A stretch of DNA of 64,000 nt, taken from Pseudobdellovibrionaceae bacterium (GTDB lineage Bacteria; Bdellovibrionota; Bdellovibrionia; Bdellovibrionales; Bdellovibrionaceae). Made by a program: the position numbers and the translations under genes. The notes beneath the pieces are model-generated. The model was not told where the DNA came from and did no database searches. It worked only from the letters and a program-made list of their open reading frames with translations. The stretch's first letter is position 1. Every line of letters begins with the position of its first letter. The stretch covers positions 64,001 to 128,000 of the forward strand of contig JBDHWW010000002.1 in NCBI GenBank assembly GCA_039810425.1, in the 5' to 3' direction. Shown here one piece after another: positions 36,293 through 47,143 of the stretch.

Positions 36293-39045
36293 TGTAACTC
36301 GCTTGTTCGACTGATTTCATTCACAATGTAGTTCACTGCATGCTTTTGGCATTGCACGTAGGTGTTCCCTGCCACAATACCGCAATCAGGATCCACCGCT
36401 GTCCAGGTAAAAGGATTCGCACTATCACGCAACGAAATGACATTACATTTCCGGAAACCGTCATATTCAGTATTGGTCAAATTCGGCCACCAAATTGGGA
36501 GTGATGGCGGCGTAGAACACGCATTGCCGTTTTTATCTTTCAAAATACCTTCGGCAATCAAATCATTTGTCGATTGAGAATGATAAATACTTCTAAACGA
36601 GATGCCATTCAGAACCGCCGATGGATCGATTTCGGCCCTACCTACGATGAAAGTTCCTATCATTTTTAAAGGTGAAGTTCGCGGCTGAATGACCAGCCGA
36701 TCACAAGTCATAAAACCAGCAGCGACCGTCGTTGAACTAGGAACGATGCATTCACTGATAATCGATTTCACATAAAACACACCGTTTTGTATCGTAACAG
36801 TATTCCCCGGGCTTACCGGAATATTGTCATAGGCCTTGTCCGGTTGCGTGGGCATAGGGTCCGGAGCAAAATGCCAAGAATGGCGCGTTGTCGAGGCAAA
36901 CGGACTGTTCCAACCAATAGATTTAAAGGCAATAGCATTTGATCCGCCATTATTCGAAAAGCATTTATTAACCAAACCTTGATAGTCCCAAGCTGGGTTC
37001 GGCAAAGTTGCCGTTGGAATATCAGTCGGAACTAGATTAATCGGGACGGCACCAGGCACGGGAGTGGGGTTTGGGGCAAGAGTCGTCAAACTAGTCACCT
37101 GATAAGGGGCTAAGGGTCCCAATGGTGGCGGCGGATAGTCAACAGGGAGATTTTGCGAAGGACCATCCAGTCTTTGGAAAGCCGCGACCGCGCCATGAGG
37201 AGATCCATCAGAATTGATCCAGCTTAAAGTGTGTGTTGGGCCGGTCGCAGATCCACCCGTGACCTGGAAATGAAGCCAACCTTCCATCGAATGCCCTTCA
37301 ATGAGCGAAGGATCTGGGGTCACCAACGGATCTGCAGGATAGCGTCGATCACGGCCCGCAAAAACACCTAAATCAAACGCCTTCATATAAAGAGAAAAGC
37401 GCTGAACAGTTTCTGGAGGATACCGTGTCGCCGGGAGATTAACCCGTAACTCTACCAACTGCTGCTGCATAGCCGGGTTGCCGCCTATGTAAACCGGTAG
37501 TAACGCGACTTCAACTCTTCCATTCCTGGGTTTACCGTTTATATATGGATGCTTCATGGTTGCCATAGATCCTGGGCGAAGCGTGAATGCGGTGGTGTAC
37601 GCATTTGTAGTTCCAGGCGTTGTCGTCTGATAGGTACTCCCGCCCAGTGCGGTACCTGCCGCGGCAGATCCTGAGTCAAATCTAAAAAACATGGTCGCCT
37701 GACCATTTAATTTGTTTCCAATAGTCATTGTGCTTATGTCCGTCAAAAAAGCTCGTCCCATAGCCCCATAGGGGAAGTAAGGCCGCAGCTCTTGAGGTAA
37801 AAACATGTTTCCGCGGGTTAATCCCAATAGAAATCGCAGATGCGGCGTCGACACACCAGGATCTGGGGGAAGCTGTAAAAAGACCAAATCTGAATCGTTA
37901 GTGCTTGCCAACCTGTAAAATACCTTATTAACACCAATGCAATCAGATGCAGCCTGAGCCGCGTTTGCAGGCGGCGGTACCGCATTGTATCCGGCCAGGA
38001 CATCCAGCCCCAGATCCCGAATACCATCAACATCAATACCTTTTTTAAAACCGCCGAAATTTGGTAAAGCCGAATATAAGTAGCCGGACATGTTCCCGTT
38101 ATTAGGAGCGGTGAAAGGACTTCCGCTCCTCATAATACGTCCGCCGCTACTGCCGTCGAATCCACCCAAAATCACGCGATTTGTAAACGTCGCTGAAGTG
38201 TAGCTGGCGACGGTATCAGGAATATGAATATCACCATTAACAAAAACGGGACTCTCAAAAGTGATGCCCGCGCCGCCCGTTCCAGATGGTATTCCAATAT
38301 CACCGCTATTACCGGCAAGCCCGGGGACTGTACCATCCAAATATAAGTCCCGTGGGACAATCAAAGAGAAATAGTTTAATTCGCGAGGATTCACCATCAA
38401 CCTGCTCGTCGCTGAAATGGCAGAAAGACTTCTGAAAATCACGGACCCCGACATTAATGTCACTTTAACATCCAAAAAAATTTCGCGGCCACGGCGAGGA
38501 ATATTTATATTGTTCACTCTTTTAACTTTAATCCCAATTTGCGTAACCGCGCTGCCGGTCTTATCAAGATTTTTAATAATGTTGAATAACGGATGTGCGC
38601 TAGTGATTTGGCTAACATTCACTATAGTACTAATCGTTTCAGATACTATTCCTGATGATGTAAAAGTCGCGTCGCCCGCATTCAAATCACGAAGTGCGGT
38701 GATCGCGCTACCATCCAAAGTCAAGCGCTCAAGACTCATGAGATTTTTAATATCGCAACTTGCCAAATCGCGAGTCCAGGTCGAAGTCATGCACCAGCGA
38801 TTCTTGATGGCATAATTAGTATAATCAATCACACCATCCAAGACGGCGGAATACGAAACGATATTACGATTGATAATAGCTTGCCGCTTAGAAATCAGAA
38901 CCAATTCTATGAGGGAAAAAAACAAGGCGGCTGCAATCGGGGCAGCGATCATTACTAAAAGGAGTACGGAGCCTTTGTTGTTCCGGCCAAGGCGGAGCCA
39001 ACGACGGCGAGTCACTTTCACCATAGGGTCGTTTAATCGAGACAC
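36289..39045 (-). CDS. Very large PilX/GspK-like minor pilin (918 aa)
   Basis: Basic leader, KG/SVLLLVM lacking Glu5 (PilX/GspK hallmark); large Pro/Gly/Thr-rich, Cys-containing ectodomain. Confidence 0.7.
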   Translation of the reverse strand: MSRLNDPMVKVTRRRWLRLGRNNKGSVLLLVMIAAPIAAALFFSLIELVLISKRQAIINRNIVSYSAVLDGVIDYTNYAIKNRWCMTSTWTRDLASCDIKNLMSLERLTLDGSAITALRDLNAGDATFTSSGIVSETISTIVNVSQITSAHPLFNIIKNLDKTGSAVTQIGIKVKRVNNINIPRRGREIFLDVKVTLMSGSVIFRSLSAISATSRLMVNPRELNYFSLIVPRDLYLDGTVPGLAGNSGDIGIPSGTGGAGITFESPVFVNGDIHIPDTVASYTSATFTNRVILGGFDGSSGGRIMRSGSPFTAPNNGNMSGYLYSALPNFGGFKKGIDVDGIRDLGLDVLAGYNAVPPPANAAQAASDCIGVNKVFYRLASTNDSDLVFLQLPPDPGVSTPHLRFLLGLTRGNMFLPQELRPYFPYGAMGRAFLTDISTMTIGNKLNGQATMFFRFDSGSAAAGTALGGSTYQTTTPGTTNAYTTAFTLRPGSMATMKHPYINGKPRNGRVEVALLPVYIGGNPAMQQQLVELRVNLPATRYPPETVQRFSLYMKAFDLGVFAGRDRRYPADPLVTPDPSLIEGHSMEGWLHFQVTGGSATGPTHTLSWINSDGSPHGAVAAFQRLDGPSQNLPVDYPPPPLGPLAPYQVTSLTTLAPNPTPVPGAVPINLVPTDIPTATLPNPAWDYQGLVNKCFSNNGGSNAIAFKSIGWNSPFASTTRHSWHFAPDPMPTQPDKAYDNIPVSPGNTVTIQNGVFYVKSIISECIVPSSTTVAAGFMTCDRLVIQPRTSPLKMIGTFIVGRAEIDPSAVLNGISFRSIYHSQSTNDLIAEGILKDKNGNACSTPPSLPIWWPNLTNTEYDGFRKCNVISLRDSANPFTWTAVDPDCGIVAGNTYVQCQKHAVNYIVNEISRTSELQ

Positions 39046-39340
39046 GTGAGCCTTCCCCAGCAGCGCCCCTAATAACTAGCACAAGAATGACAGCAATTGA
39101 CATGCTTTAGAAACGTACGGGCCGCTGATTTTTCAATGCATTTCTCAACTTAATTTTAATTATATTGTAAGTGGGCACTAATGTGTCAAATCACGCCCGG
39201 TATTTCCCGTTTTGGTATGGACCTAGTGCCAGTGCTCGCAAATAAATGCGTGTAAAGTGGAGAGCACCTCCCAAAAGCAATCCCCGTGAAGATCTATAGA
39301 TAAAAAAACCAATTTTTTCGAACAGTCTCAAAATGAATTT

Positions 39341-39973
39341 CTAAAGCCTGCGCAACAACTCTTCGCGCTTCTGATTGTACTCCGCCTCTGTAAGAATGCC
39401 TTTTTGGAACAACTCATAAAGCCCGGCCAGATCCGCCGCTGTAGGAGCGGTTTTGAAGTCTAGCTTTGAAACTGGAGCGCCCTCAGGGCCGCTGCCCGCG
39501 CGGTTTTCAGGAATTTTATCAGTCATGCCCAGCACAGCCAAAACTTGGTGATACCAAGCCTCAAAGAAATTTACGTTCTTCACTTCGCCACGAACAACGA
39601 GGGTTTCCGCAGCCAAATCGTGCAGTGTTTGCTTTTTCTCGGTGAAAAGCATCATCAAAAAGCCAAAGCACAAAAGCACACCACTCACAATGCGAACCAA
39701 ATAACGAATGAACGCCTTTTTGAAAGTGATACGCCCGCCACTCATGCTCACCACGCGCATATCAAGCAACGCCTTGCCCGGAGTTGCTTGCAATTCTGAA
39801 GCTTCAAAAAACGGGGTGTATAATAACGCCAGTAAGATATCCAAGCCGACGGAATACAAACCGATCACTTTAAAAAGCAAGCTTGCGATGACGATAAGAA
39901 AACCATCAACAATGACGGCGCCGAAACGTCTCCAGAAGCCACCATACTCCGTAGTTGCGATTGCGTAATTCAT
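39341..39973 (-). CDS. RDD family membrane protein with C-terminal SHOCT
   Basis: FWRRFGAVIVD, ATPGK, QTLHD; C-terminal GILTEAEYNQKREELL. Confidence 0.9.
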   Translation of the reverse strand: MNYAIATTEYGGFWRRFGAVIVDGFLIVIASLLFKVIGLYSVGLDILLALLYTPFFEASELQATPGKALLDMRVVSMSGGRITFKKAFIRYLVRIVSGVLLCFGFLMMLFTEKKQTLHDLAAETLVVRGEVKNVNFFEAWYHQVLAVLGMTDKIPENRAGSGPEGAPVSKLDFKTAPTAADLAGLYELFQKGILTEAEYNQKREELLRRL

Positions 39974-40012
39974 AAGCTCTCCTCATGTGCGAATCCATTT
40001 AAATCAAAATTC

Positions 40013-40840
<828 letters not shown>

Positions 40841-40896
40841 TTATTGTCTAAAACAGTCACTATAGTGACGAAGTGACATCTGGAGTGGATCTACAA

Positions 40897-41823
40897 ATGG
40901 ATATGATCAAAAACCGCCTTGATAAAAACCACCGCAAACTTAAAGCTTGGGCAAACCGCCACCATATTGAGGCCTACCGCCTGTATGATCGCGATATTCC
41001 TGAATATCCCTACATCGTCGATGTCTACAAAGACCATTTCGTTGTTTACGATAAAACGGATTCAGTAGTCGATGCGGCTAAGAACTTTTTGCCGCACGTG
41101 CTTGAGGCCCTCAAGGTTTTGTTTAAAACCCCTGACGAAAAAATCGTCGTTAAGCGCCGAGCCCGCCAAGAAGGCCTTCAGCAATATGAAAAACTCGGTC
41201 GCCGCGAGGAGACCTTTTCTGTCCGCGAAAGCCAGGCACAGCTTTACGTGAACCTTCACGACTATCTCGATACCGGGCTTTTTTTGGATCACCGACCGAT
41301 GCGCCAGGTGGTTTTTAAATCTGTTCGCGATAAAGATTTCTTGAATCTGTTCTGTTACACGGGCGCGGTCAGCGTCTTTGCCGCGCTGGGCGGAGCTCAC
41401 AGCACTACCAGCGTCGATATGTCACAGACTTATCTCAACTGGGCCAAGGAGAACTTCCAGCTCAATCAGATCCCAGCGGGACACCATGAATTTGTAAACA
41501 TGAATGCTTTAGAGTTTTTGCACAAAATGCAGGGTCAACAACATTTTGACCTGATCTTCCTCGACCCTCCGACTTTTTCAAACTCCAAAAAGATGGAGGA
41601 CGCTTTTGAGGTCGAAAAAGACCAGGATTTCCTCGTTGAAAAGGCCATGAGCATGCTTCGCCCCGGGGGAGTTTTGTATTTTTCTAACAATAAAAGAAAG
41701 TTCAAATTGTCGGAAAATATCCAGCAAAAATATCAAATCAAAGACCTCACACAAGAGTCTATTCCACAGGATTTTCATGACCAAAAAATCCACCACTGTT
41801 TTGAAATAAAAAATAAATTCTAA
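40897..41823 (+). CDS. Stand-alone RlmK-like 23S rRNA methyltransferase
   Basis: [31 protein letters not shown] and DPPTFSNSK match the C-terminal half of RlmKL. Confidence 0.85.
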   Translation: MDMIKNRLDKNHRKLKAWANRHHIEAYRLYDRDIPEYPYIVDVYKDHFVVYDKTDSVVDAAKNFLPHVLEALKVLFKTPDEKIVVKRRARQEGLQQYEKLGRREETFSVRESQAQLYVNLHDYLDTGLFLDHRPMRQVVFKSVRDKDFLNLFCYTGAVSVFAALGGAHSTTSVDMSQTYLNWAKENFQLNQIPAGHHEFVNMNALEFLHKMQGQQHFDLIFLDPPTFSNSKKMEDAFEVEKDQDFLVEKAMSMLRPGGVLYFSNNKRKFKLSENIQQKYQIKDLTQESIPQDFHDQKIHHCFEIKNKF

Positions 41824-41885
41824 AGACAGACTTTGGGGCAAATAATGATTTACTTTGGGAAAAAAAGCCCTTAATTAACCCCTCT

Positions 41886-43166
41886 ATGAAGTCATTAGGC
41901 CGCCATATTTTAGTTGAATTTAGCAACTGTAACGCTCAAGTTTTGAACGATGCCCAAATCGTGGAAGAAGCTATGATTAGTGCCGCGAAAACCGCGGGTG
42001 CCACAGTGATCAATTCCACCTTCCATCACTTTTCTCCGTGGGGTATTTCTGGAGTGGTTGTGATCCAGGAAAGCCATTTGGCGATCCACACATGGCCTGA
42101 ATACAAATACGCGGCCGTTGACCTCTTCACATGTGGCGAGAGCGTCGACCCTTGGGTGTGCTTTGAGCACTTAAAGCAAGTCTTTCAGGCGAATTACTCA
42201 GCAATGGAACTCAACCGCGGTTCTTTGCACTTGATCAAAAAGTCCGAATTTGTGCCTCAAGCAACTCGCCACGAGCCAAGCCCGATCCACGATCCACACG
42301 TTGAGCGTAGCGTTTGGTTCACCGACAAAGATGAGAACCAGGCCCTTTCACTCCGCTATAACGGCGAGGTTCTGTTCAACGAGGTTTCTCCGTTTCAGCA
42401 GGTGCGCGTTTTCAAAACTCACGCTTACGGTAAGATGCTGGCGATCAACAACATGATCATGTGCACTGAGCGCGATGAGTATCACTATCACGAAATGATC
42501 ACTCACCCGATCATGCAAATGCATGGCAACGCGAAGAACATCCTGGTGATCGGCGGCGGTGATGGCGGGACAATCCGCGAACTTTTCAAATACGACGTTG
42601 AGAAAGTCACGATGGTCGAAATCGATGACGCAGTTATCCGCGCCTCGAAACAGCATCTGCCAACCGTGGCGTCTGAGTTCAATAATCCAAAACTGGATCT
42701 CATTGTCGGTGACGGCATCCAGTTCGTGAAGAGCGCTGCTCCAAATAGTTTTGATGTGATCGTCGTCGACGGTTCAGACCCGGTAGGTCCAGCTAAAGGT
42801 CTTTTCACGGCAGAATTCTACGGCAATTGCCGTAACGCGCTTAAAGAGGGCGGTGCTTTGATCACTCAGGGCGAATCACCAATGTTCCACGAAGAGACCT
42901 TCATGGAGCTCAATAAGTGCTTAAAAGACATCTTCGGCAAAGAGCAAACGCATACGATGCTCTTCCATGCGACAACTTACCCATCCGGCATGTGGAGTCT
43001 TCAAATGGGTGTTAAAGGACACACTCACCCTGTGAGGAACTTTAACGCCGATAGAGCGCGTCAGTTCGCGTCGGCAAAGAAATTGAAATACTACAATCAC
43101 GAATTGCATACAGCGGCATTCAGTCTCCCTACCTTTGTCAGAAATATGTTGGGAGAGAGCGTTTAA
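41886..43166 (+). CDS. speE: S-adenosylmethionine decarboxylase proenzyme - spermidine synthase fusion
   Basis: N-terminal [12 protein letters not shown] pyruvoyl site; C-terminal YHEM, IGGGDGG and DGSDP motifs. Confidence 0.92.
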   Translation: MKSLGRHILVEFSNCNAQVLNDAQIVEEAMISAAKTAGATVINSTFHHFSPWGISGVVVIQESHLAIHTWPEYKYAAVDLFTCGESVDPWVCFEHLKQVFQANYSAMELNRGSLHLIKKSEFVPQATRHEPSPIHDPHVERSVWFTDKDENQALSLRYNGEVLFNEVSPFQQVRVFKTHAYGKMLAINNMIMCTERDEYHYHEMITHPIMQMHGNAKNILVIGGGDGGTIRELFKYDVEKVTMVEIDDAVIRASKQHLPTVASEFNNPKLDLIVGDGIQFVKSAAPNSFDVIVVDGSDPVGPAKGLFTAEFYGNCRNALKEGGALITQGESPMFHEETFMELNKCLKDIFGKEQTHTMLFHATTYPSGMWSLQMGVKGHTHPVRNFNADRARQFASAKKLKYYNHELHTAAFSLPTFVRNMLGESV

Positions 43167-43260
43167 ATTGGACCTCGAAAGGGGTCCTGGCTATAGTGTC
43201 CTCTTGGAAATCAATTGAGAAATAGTGAACTCAATTTTATCTCACTTCAAGGAGACATCT

Positions 43261-43881
43261 ATGTTTAAACTACCTACACTTCCCTACGCTAAAACGGCTC
43301 TCGCCCCTTTCTTGTCAGAAGAGCAAATGACTTATCACTACGATAAGCATCACAAAGCTTACATCGACAATTTGAACAAATTCATGGAAACAGACGCCTC
43401 TCTCAAAGGAAAATCTTTGGAAGAAATCGTTTTGTCCTCGACGGGCGGCGTATTCAACAATGCCGCTCAGGCGTACAACCACACATTCTTCTGGTTCAAT
43501 ATGCAACCAAACTCGACAATGAAGCCTTCTGCAAATTTACTGGCGGCGGTCACTCGTGACTTCGGCGGCTTGGATCAACTCAAAGAAAAGTTTGTTGATG
43601 GCGGCGTGAAGACTTTCGGCTCTGGCTGGATCTGGCTGTGCGCTGACAACTCTGGCAAATTGAGCCTTGTTTCTACTTCAAATGCACAAGTGCCCTTTAC
43701 CAACAACGGCCCGCGTCCATTGATGGTGGCCGATGTTTGGGAGCATGCTTACTATATTGATTACCGAAACTTGCGCGCTAAGTTCCTTGAGACATTCTGG
43801 AACAACGTAAACTGGGACTTCGTATCTCAAAACTTTGACTCTCAAAAAGTTCGCGAATTAACGACTTCCATGAAGGCGTAG
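43261..43881 (+). CDS. sodB: Fe/Mn superoxide dismutase (likely Fe type)
   Basis: HYDKHH, NNAAQAYNH, FGSGW and DVWEHAYY motifs; AAGGAG RBS. Confidence 0.93.
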   Translation: MFKLPTLPYAKTALAPFLSEEQMTYHYDKHHKAYIDNLNKFMETDASLKGKSLEEIVLSSTGGVFNNAAQAYNHTFFWFNMQPNSTMKPSANLLAAVTRDFGGLDQLKEKFVDGGVKTFGSGWIWLCADNSGKLSLVSTSNAQVPFTNNGPRPLMVADVWEHAYYIDYRNLRAKFLETFWNNVNWDFVSQNFDSQKVRELTTSMKA

Positions 43882-43918
43882 TTTTGCTATACTGATTCCA
43901 CGCTGATGAAAAGGCGGA

Positions 43919-44003
43919 CAAGAACCCTCACTAAGCCTTAGTGGGGGTTCTTGCATTTTGCGGTCTGCAAAAGAGAACGGGGAGCCTTTTCGGCTCCCCG
44001 TTC
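43919..44003. terminator. Tandem hairpins between convergent sodB and hpf (probable bidirectional termination)
   Basis: Stems caagaaccctcactaa/ttagtgggggttcttg and gaacggggagcc/ggctccccgttc. Confidence 0.7.
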
Positions 44004-44039
44004 AGCAGGGTAGAATAAATCACACTTCATAATTTCTAA

Positions 44040-44405
44040 TCACGCGACGAGATCACGCAGTTCGCGTGTGTGCTCATGTCGGCGATGTTGTGCTTTTTTA
44101 GCAGAACGTCGACTCAAAACAGTCTTGAGGGCCGCTGAGGCCTCACTCACAGCGGTATAAACATCCTCTGCATGCTTTGAGATTTTGATGAGTTGTTTAG
44201 ATCGTGTCGGTTTTAAGATAATTTCGCAATGGAACGAAGGCTTTCTGGTTTGACTGCGGCGACGGTCTAATTCAATTCGGACCGTCGCTGTTGTATTTGG
44301 TTGATATTTCAGGAAGTTTTCAATACTGGCCCCTACTTTTTCCTCTAAATAAGTCTCGAGGGCTTCGGATCGGTCCAGGTCTCGGAAGAGTGTCTGTATT
44401 CTCAT
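44040..44405 (-). CDS. HPF/RaiA-family ribosome-associated protein
   Basis: SEALETYLEEK ... EDVYTAVSEA..L pattern; AGGAG RBS. Confidence 0.75.
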   Translation of the reverse strand: MRIQTLFRDLDRSEALETYLEEKVGASIENFLKYQPNTTATVRIELDRRRSQTRKPSFHCEIILKPTRSKQLIKISKHAEDVYTAVSEASAALKTVLSRRSAKKAQHRRHEHTRELRDLVA

Positions 44406-44497
44406 AACGTTCTCCTATCTTGTTCCTGAGATAAGTATCGTTGATTTGAGACATTAGTTAAAATATATAATATCTAACTAATAGTTAGGATTTATAT

Positions 44498-45418
44498 ATG
44501 TTTAACTACAATCACCTTTACTACTTCTATGTGACGGCTCGTCTGGATGGTGTTAGCAACGCCTCAAAACACCTCGCAATCAGCCAACCTTCACTGAGCG
44601 CGCAAATTAAAACCTTTGAAAACAGCATCAACCGCAAACTCTTCGAGAAAAATGGAAGAAAAATGCAACTCACCAGAGACGGTGAACAAGTTTATACTTA
44701 CTGCCGGCAAATTTTTGAAATCGCAGATCACCTGGCGAACCATCTAAAAAGTCCCGAGCAGCTTGAAAAACGCCGGATTCACATTGGTGTCAGCGATCAG
44801 GTTGAGCGCCCCTTTGTTGCAGATTTGCTAGGAGACATCCTCCAGCAAGGCAAGGACCATATTAACTGTATTCTTAATATCAGCTCTGCCAGCGAGCCCG
44901 AACTCTTAATAAAACTGAAGTCTCATAAGATTGATCTTTTTCTGACAAACAATCCGGTGCAGAATGAAAACCTGCACGAGGTGGTGTCCGTGCGCATGCC
45001 GGTCGCCTTGGTGATCTCTAAAGACTTGCTCCGTAAGAACGGCTATCGCAAAATTCCAAAATTCAGCGAACTTTTTAAAAATGATAAAGTGGGTTTACTC
45101 CTCCCCGCGCCGGATCTTCGCCTGCGCCAGGAAGCAGATATTTTTCTGCGGCAGAAAAACCTCAAAAAGCCGATTCTGATGGAAAGCGATATCGTTTCCG
45201 TCGTCGTCCGCGCCGTGGTGGATAGCGGTGGATGCGCATTCCTGCCGATTCCTTATTTTGCAAGTGAATTAAAGATGGGTCTCGTGAAGATCATTGGGCC
45301 GTCAGAGGGGCTTTGGAAACATAACTTGAGCTTGATCTCCAGAAAGCAGATCAAGTACGATCCGCTTTTTGAAGAGATTAAGAATAATCTCCTGGACCTC
45401 AATCGGCCGGTGGTCTAG
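44498..45418 (+). CDS. LysR-family regulator (NhaR-like)
   Basis: NYNHLYYF...ISQPSLSAQIK HTH. Confidence 0.92.
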   Translation: MFNYNHLYYFYVTARLDGVSNASKHLAISQPSLSAQIKTFENSINRKLFEKNGRKMQLTRDGEQVYTYCRQIFEIADHLANHLKSPEQLEKRRIHIGVSDQVERPFVADLLGDILQQGKDHINCILNISSASEPELLIKLKSHKIDLFLTNNPVQNENLHEVVSVRMPVALVISKDLLRKNGYRKIPKFSELFKNDKVGLLLPAPDLRLRQEADIFLRQKNLKKPILMESDIVSVVVRAVVDSGGCAFLPIPYFASELKMGLVKIIGPSEGLWKHNLSLISRKQIKYDPLFEEIKNNLLDLNRPVV

Positions 45419-45455
45419 CGCAGCCGACAAGCGTAAGCCCGTATCAAATAGCGCA

Positions 45456-47054
45456 CTAAATGTGGCTTTCAAAACGCAAGACTCCTTTTCCATCGGGGCG
45501 GTTTTCCACCCGAGGACCCTTTTCGATATAGAAGCGGTTTAAGTATTTGAGTAGCTGAGTGATATCCAGCGCATCGTCACAATAACAAACGTAACCATCC
45601 GGGCGAACAAGGATCAAACCGTCTCTGTAAATTCCGAAGACTTGCAAAATGGTATGTAAATCCGGCCGCTTATCCAGAGTATGGAAAATCATCCGGTTGT
45701 CCAAAAACTTTTCCAGCACGTCCATCGTCTGCTTTTGCGCTTCTTGTCCGCCAACCAGGAAGGCATGGAACATCCCGTTCTGGCAACCCACTTGGCAAAA
45801 ACGATCCCCTGCGCGAAGCGCTCCAGCGGCTGAGAAGCATTGTTGCGTGAGTGAACTCCCTCGGTATTGAATGCCGATTTGCGAAACTAGTTTGAAAAAA
45901 GCCGCGCGAAAGAAATTAAACTTTGAAACCAGTCCCAAAATACGTGGTACTAAATGCAACCGTGTCCAACGCACATAGGGCTTTTGGTTGATCACAAAAG
46001 AAAAACCCTGATCGGCCCTATGAATCAGTTTGCGGGCGATCGGATGGCGTTCCTCATGATAGGTTTCTAAAATTTTTGGCAGTGCTCTTCCAGACAGAGT
46101 GGAGGAAAGCTTCCATGCAAGATTGTAAGCATCCTGAATTCCAGTATTCATCCCCTGCCCTCCAGCCGGGCTATGAACGTGGGCTGCATCACCCGCAAAG
46201 AAACACCTCTGTTCCTTGAAGCGATTTACACCGCGGTGATGAAGATTATAACTCGAGAACCAGCGTGGAGCGGAAATTTTTAACGGCAGTTCCGAGCGTA
46301 AACTAATTTCCCCGGCAATGAGCCCCTGCATTCCGGCTTCACTCTTTGGAAAGTCGTTGCTCAAAAGGCTAATGGCTCTAAAGTGATCCGCACCATCCAG
46401 CGGAAAGAATTCGACAAATCCCCTCTCCGAAAGGCAAAGGGAAACATGGCGGCGCGAAACTGGCCCCTGCGCCTGAATATCAGCAAGCAGGAAGCAGTTC
46501 TCAGAAGTCACACCTTCAAACGGCAGTTGCAGAAAGGCCCGCACCGAGCTTCGTGCTCCGTCGGCGGCCACCAGGTACTTTGCACGGACGGTCTCCATCC
46601 GCTCTCCCCCGGCCACATAGGCTTCGACAAACTCGGGGTGTTGAACAAGTTCAACCAACTCGTGTTGCCATTCTACTTTTTTTCCGAAGCTCTCCAGTTT
46701 ATCCGCGAGGAGTTTTTCAGTTCTATTCTGCGCTAGAATTAATACGTAAGGATACTTCGTATACACCTGACCATATTCCCGAAGATCAATACTGACACGG
46801 GGCTTTCCCTCAACAATCAGATCAAACCCGTCTGCGGGATGGCCCTGTTCCAAGGCTTTTTCCGTGAGGTCGAGTTGTTCAAAGAGCTCCAAGGTCCTTG
46901 CTTGAATGGCGAGGGCCTTGGAATGCTCGGTGAGGCCTTTGTTTTTCTCAATGATCCGGAATTTGATTCCGAATTGCGCCAAGAGACAGGCCATCGTCAG
47001 GCCTGTGGGGCCGGCCCCGACAATAAGAACATCAACATCGGTTGGATGTGTCAT
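45456..47054 (-). CDS. FAD-dependent monooxygenase (PheA/TfdB family)
   Basis: GAGPTG, ADGARS, GDAAHVHSPAGGQGMNTG and LVRPDG motifs. Confidence 0.92.
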   Translation of the reverse strand: MTHPTDVDVLIVGAGPTGLTMACLLAQFGIKFRIIEKNKGLTEHSKALAIQARTLELFEQLDLTEKALEQGHPADGFDLIVEGKPRVSIDLREYGQVYTKYPYVLILAQNRTEKLLADKLESFGKKVEWQHELVELVQHPEFVEAYVAGGERMETVRAKYLVAADGARSSVRAFLQLPFEGVTSENCFLLADIQAQGPVSRRHVSLCLSERGFVEFFPLDGADHFRAISLLSNDFPKSEAGMQGLIAGEISLRSELPLKISAPRWFSSYNLHHRGVNRFKEQRCFFAGDAAHVHSPAGGQGMNTGIQDAYNLAWKLSSTLSGRALPKILETYHEERHPIARKLIHRADQGFSFVINQKPYVRWTRLHLVPRILGLVSKFNFFRAAFFKLVSQIGIQYRGSSLTQQCFSAAGALRAGDRFCQVGCQNGMFHAFLVGGQEAQKQTMDVLEKFLDNRMIFHTLDKRPDLHTILQVFGIYRDGLILVRPDGYVCYCDDALDITQLLKYLNRFYIEKGPRVENRPDGKGVLRFESHI

Positions 47055-47143
47055 AGAAGGCTCCCGAAGCAATTGAACATCGACATTCAAAAGTGGACCA
47101 CTTATAGTGGGTCCAAAACAATCACTATGAATGGAAGATTTGT

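Noticed and set aside
19727..39340. Prophage or integrative element explanation for the island
   Set aside because: No integrase, structural phage genes, tRNA target or att repeats seen.
41886..43166. speD-speE as dedicated polyamine donor for the AsnB-like ligases
   Set aside because: It is separated from the locus by housekeeping-type genes; proximity alone is not evidence.
43903..43930. CUGAUGA suggesting a hammerhead ribozyme or fluoride riboswitch
   Set aside because: No stem II plus GAAA, and no riboswitch 5' element.
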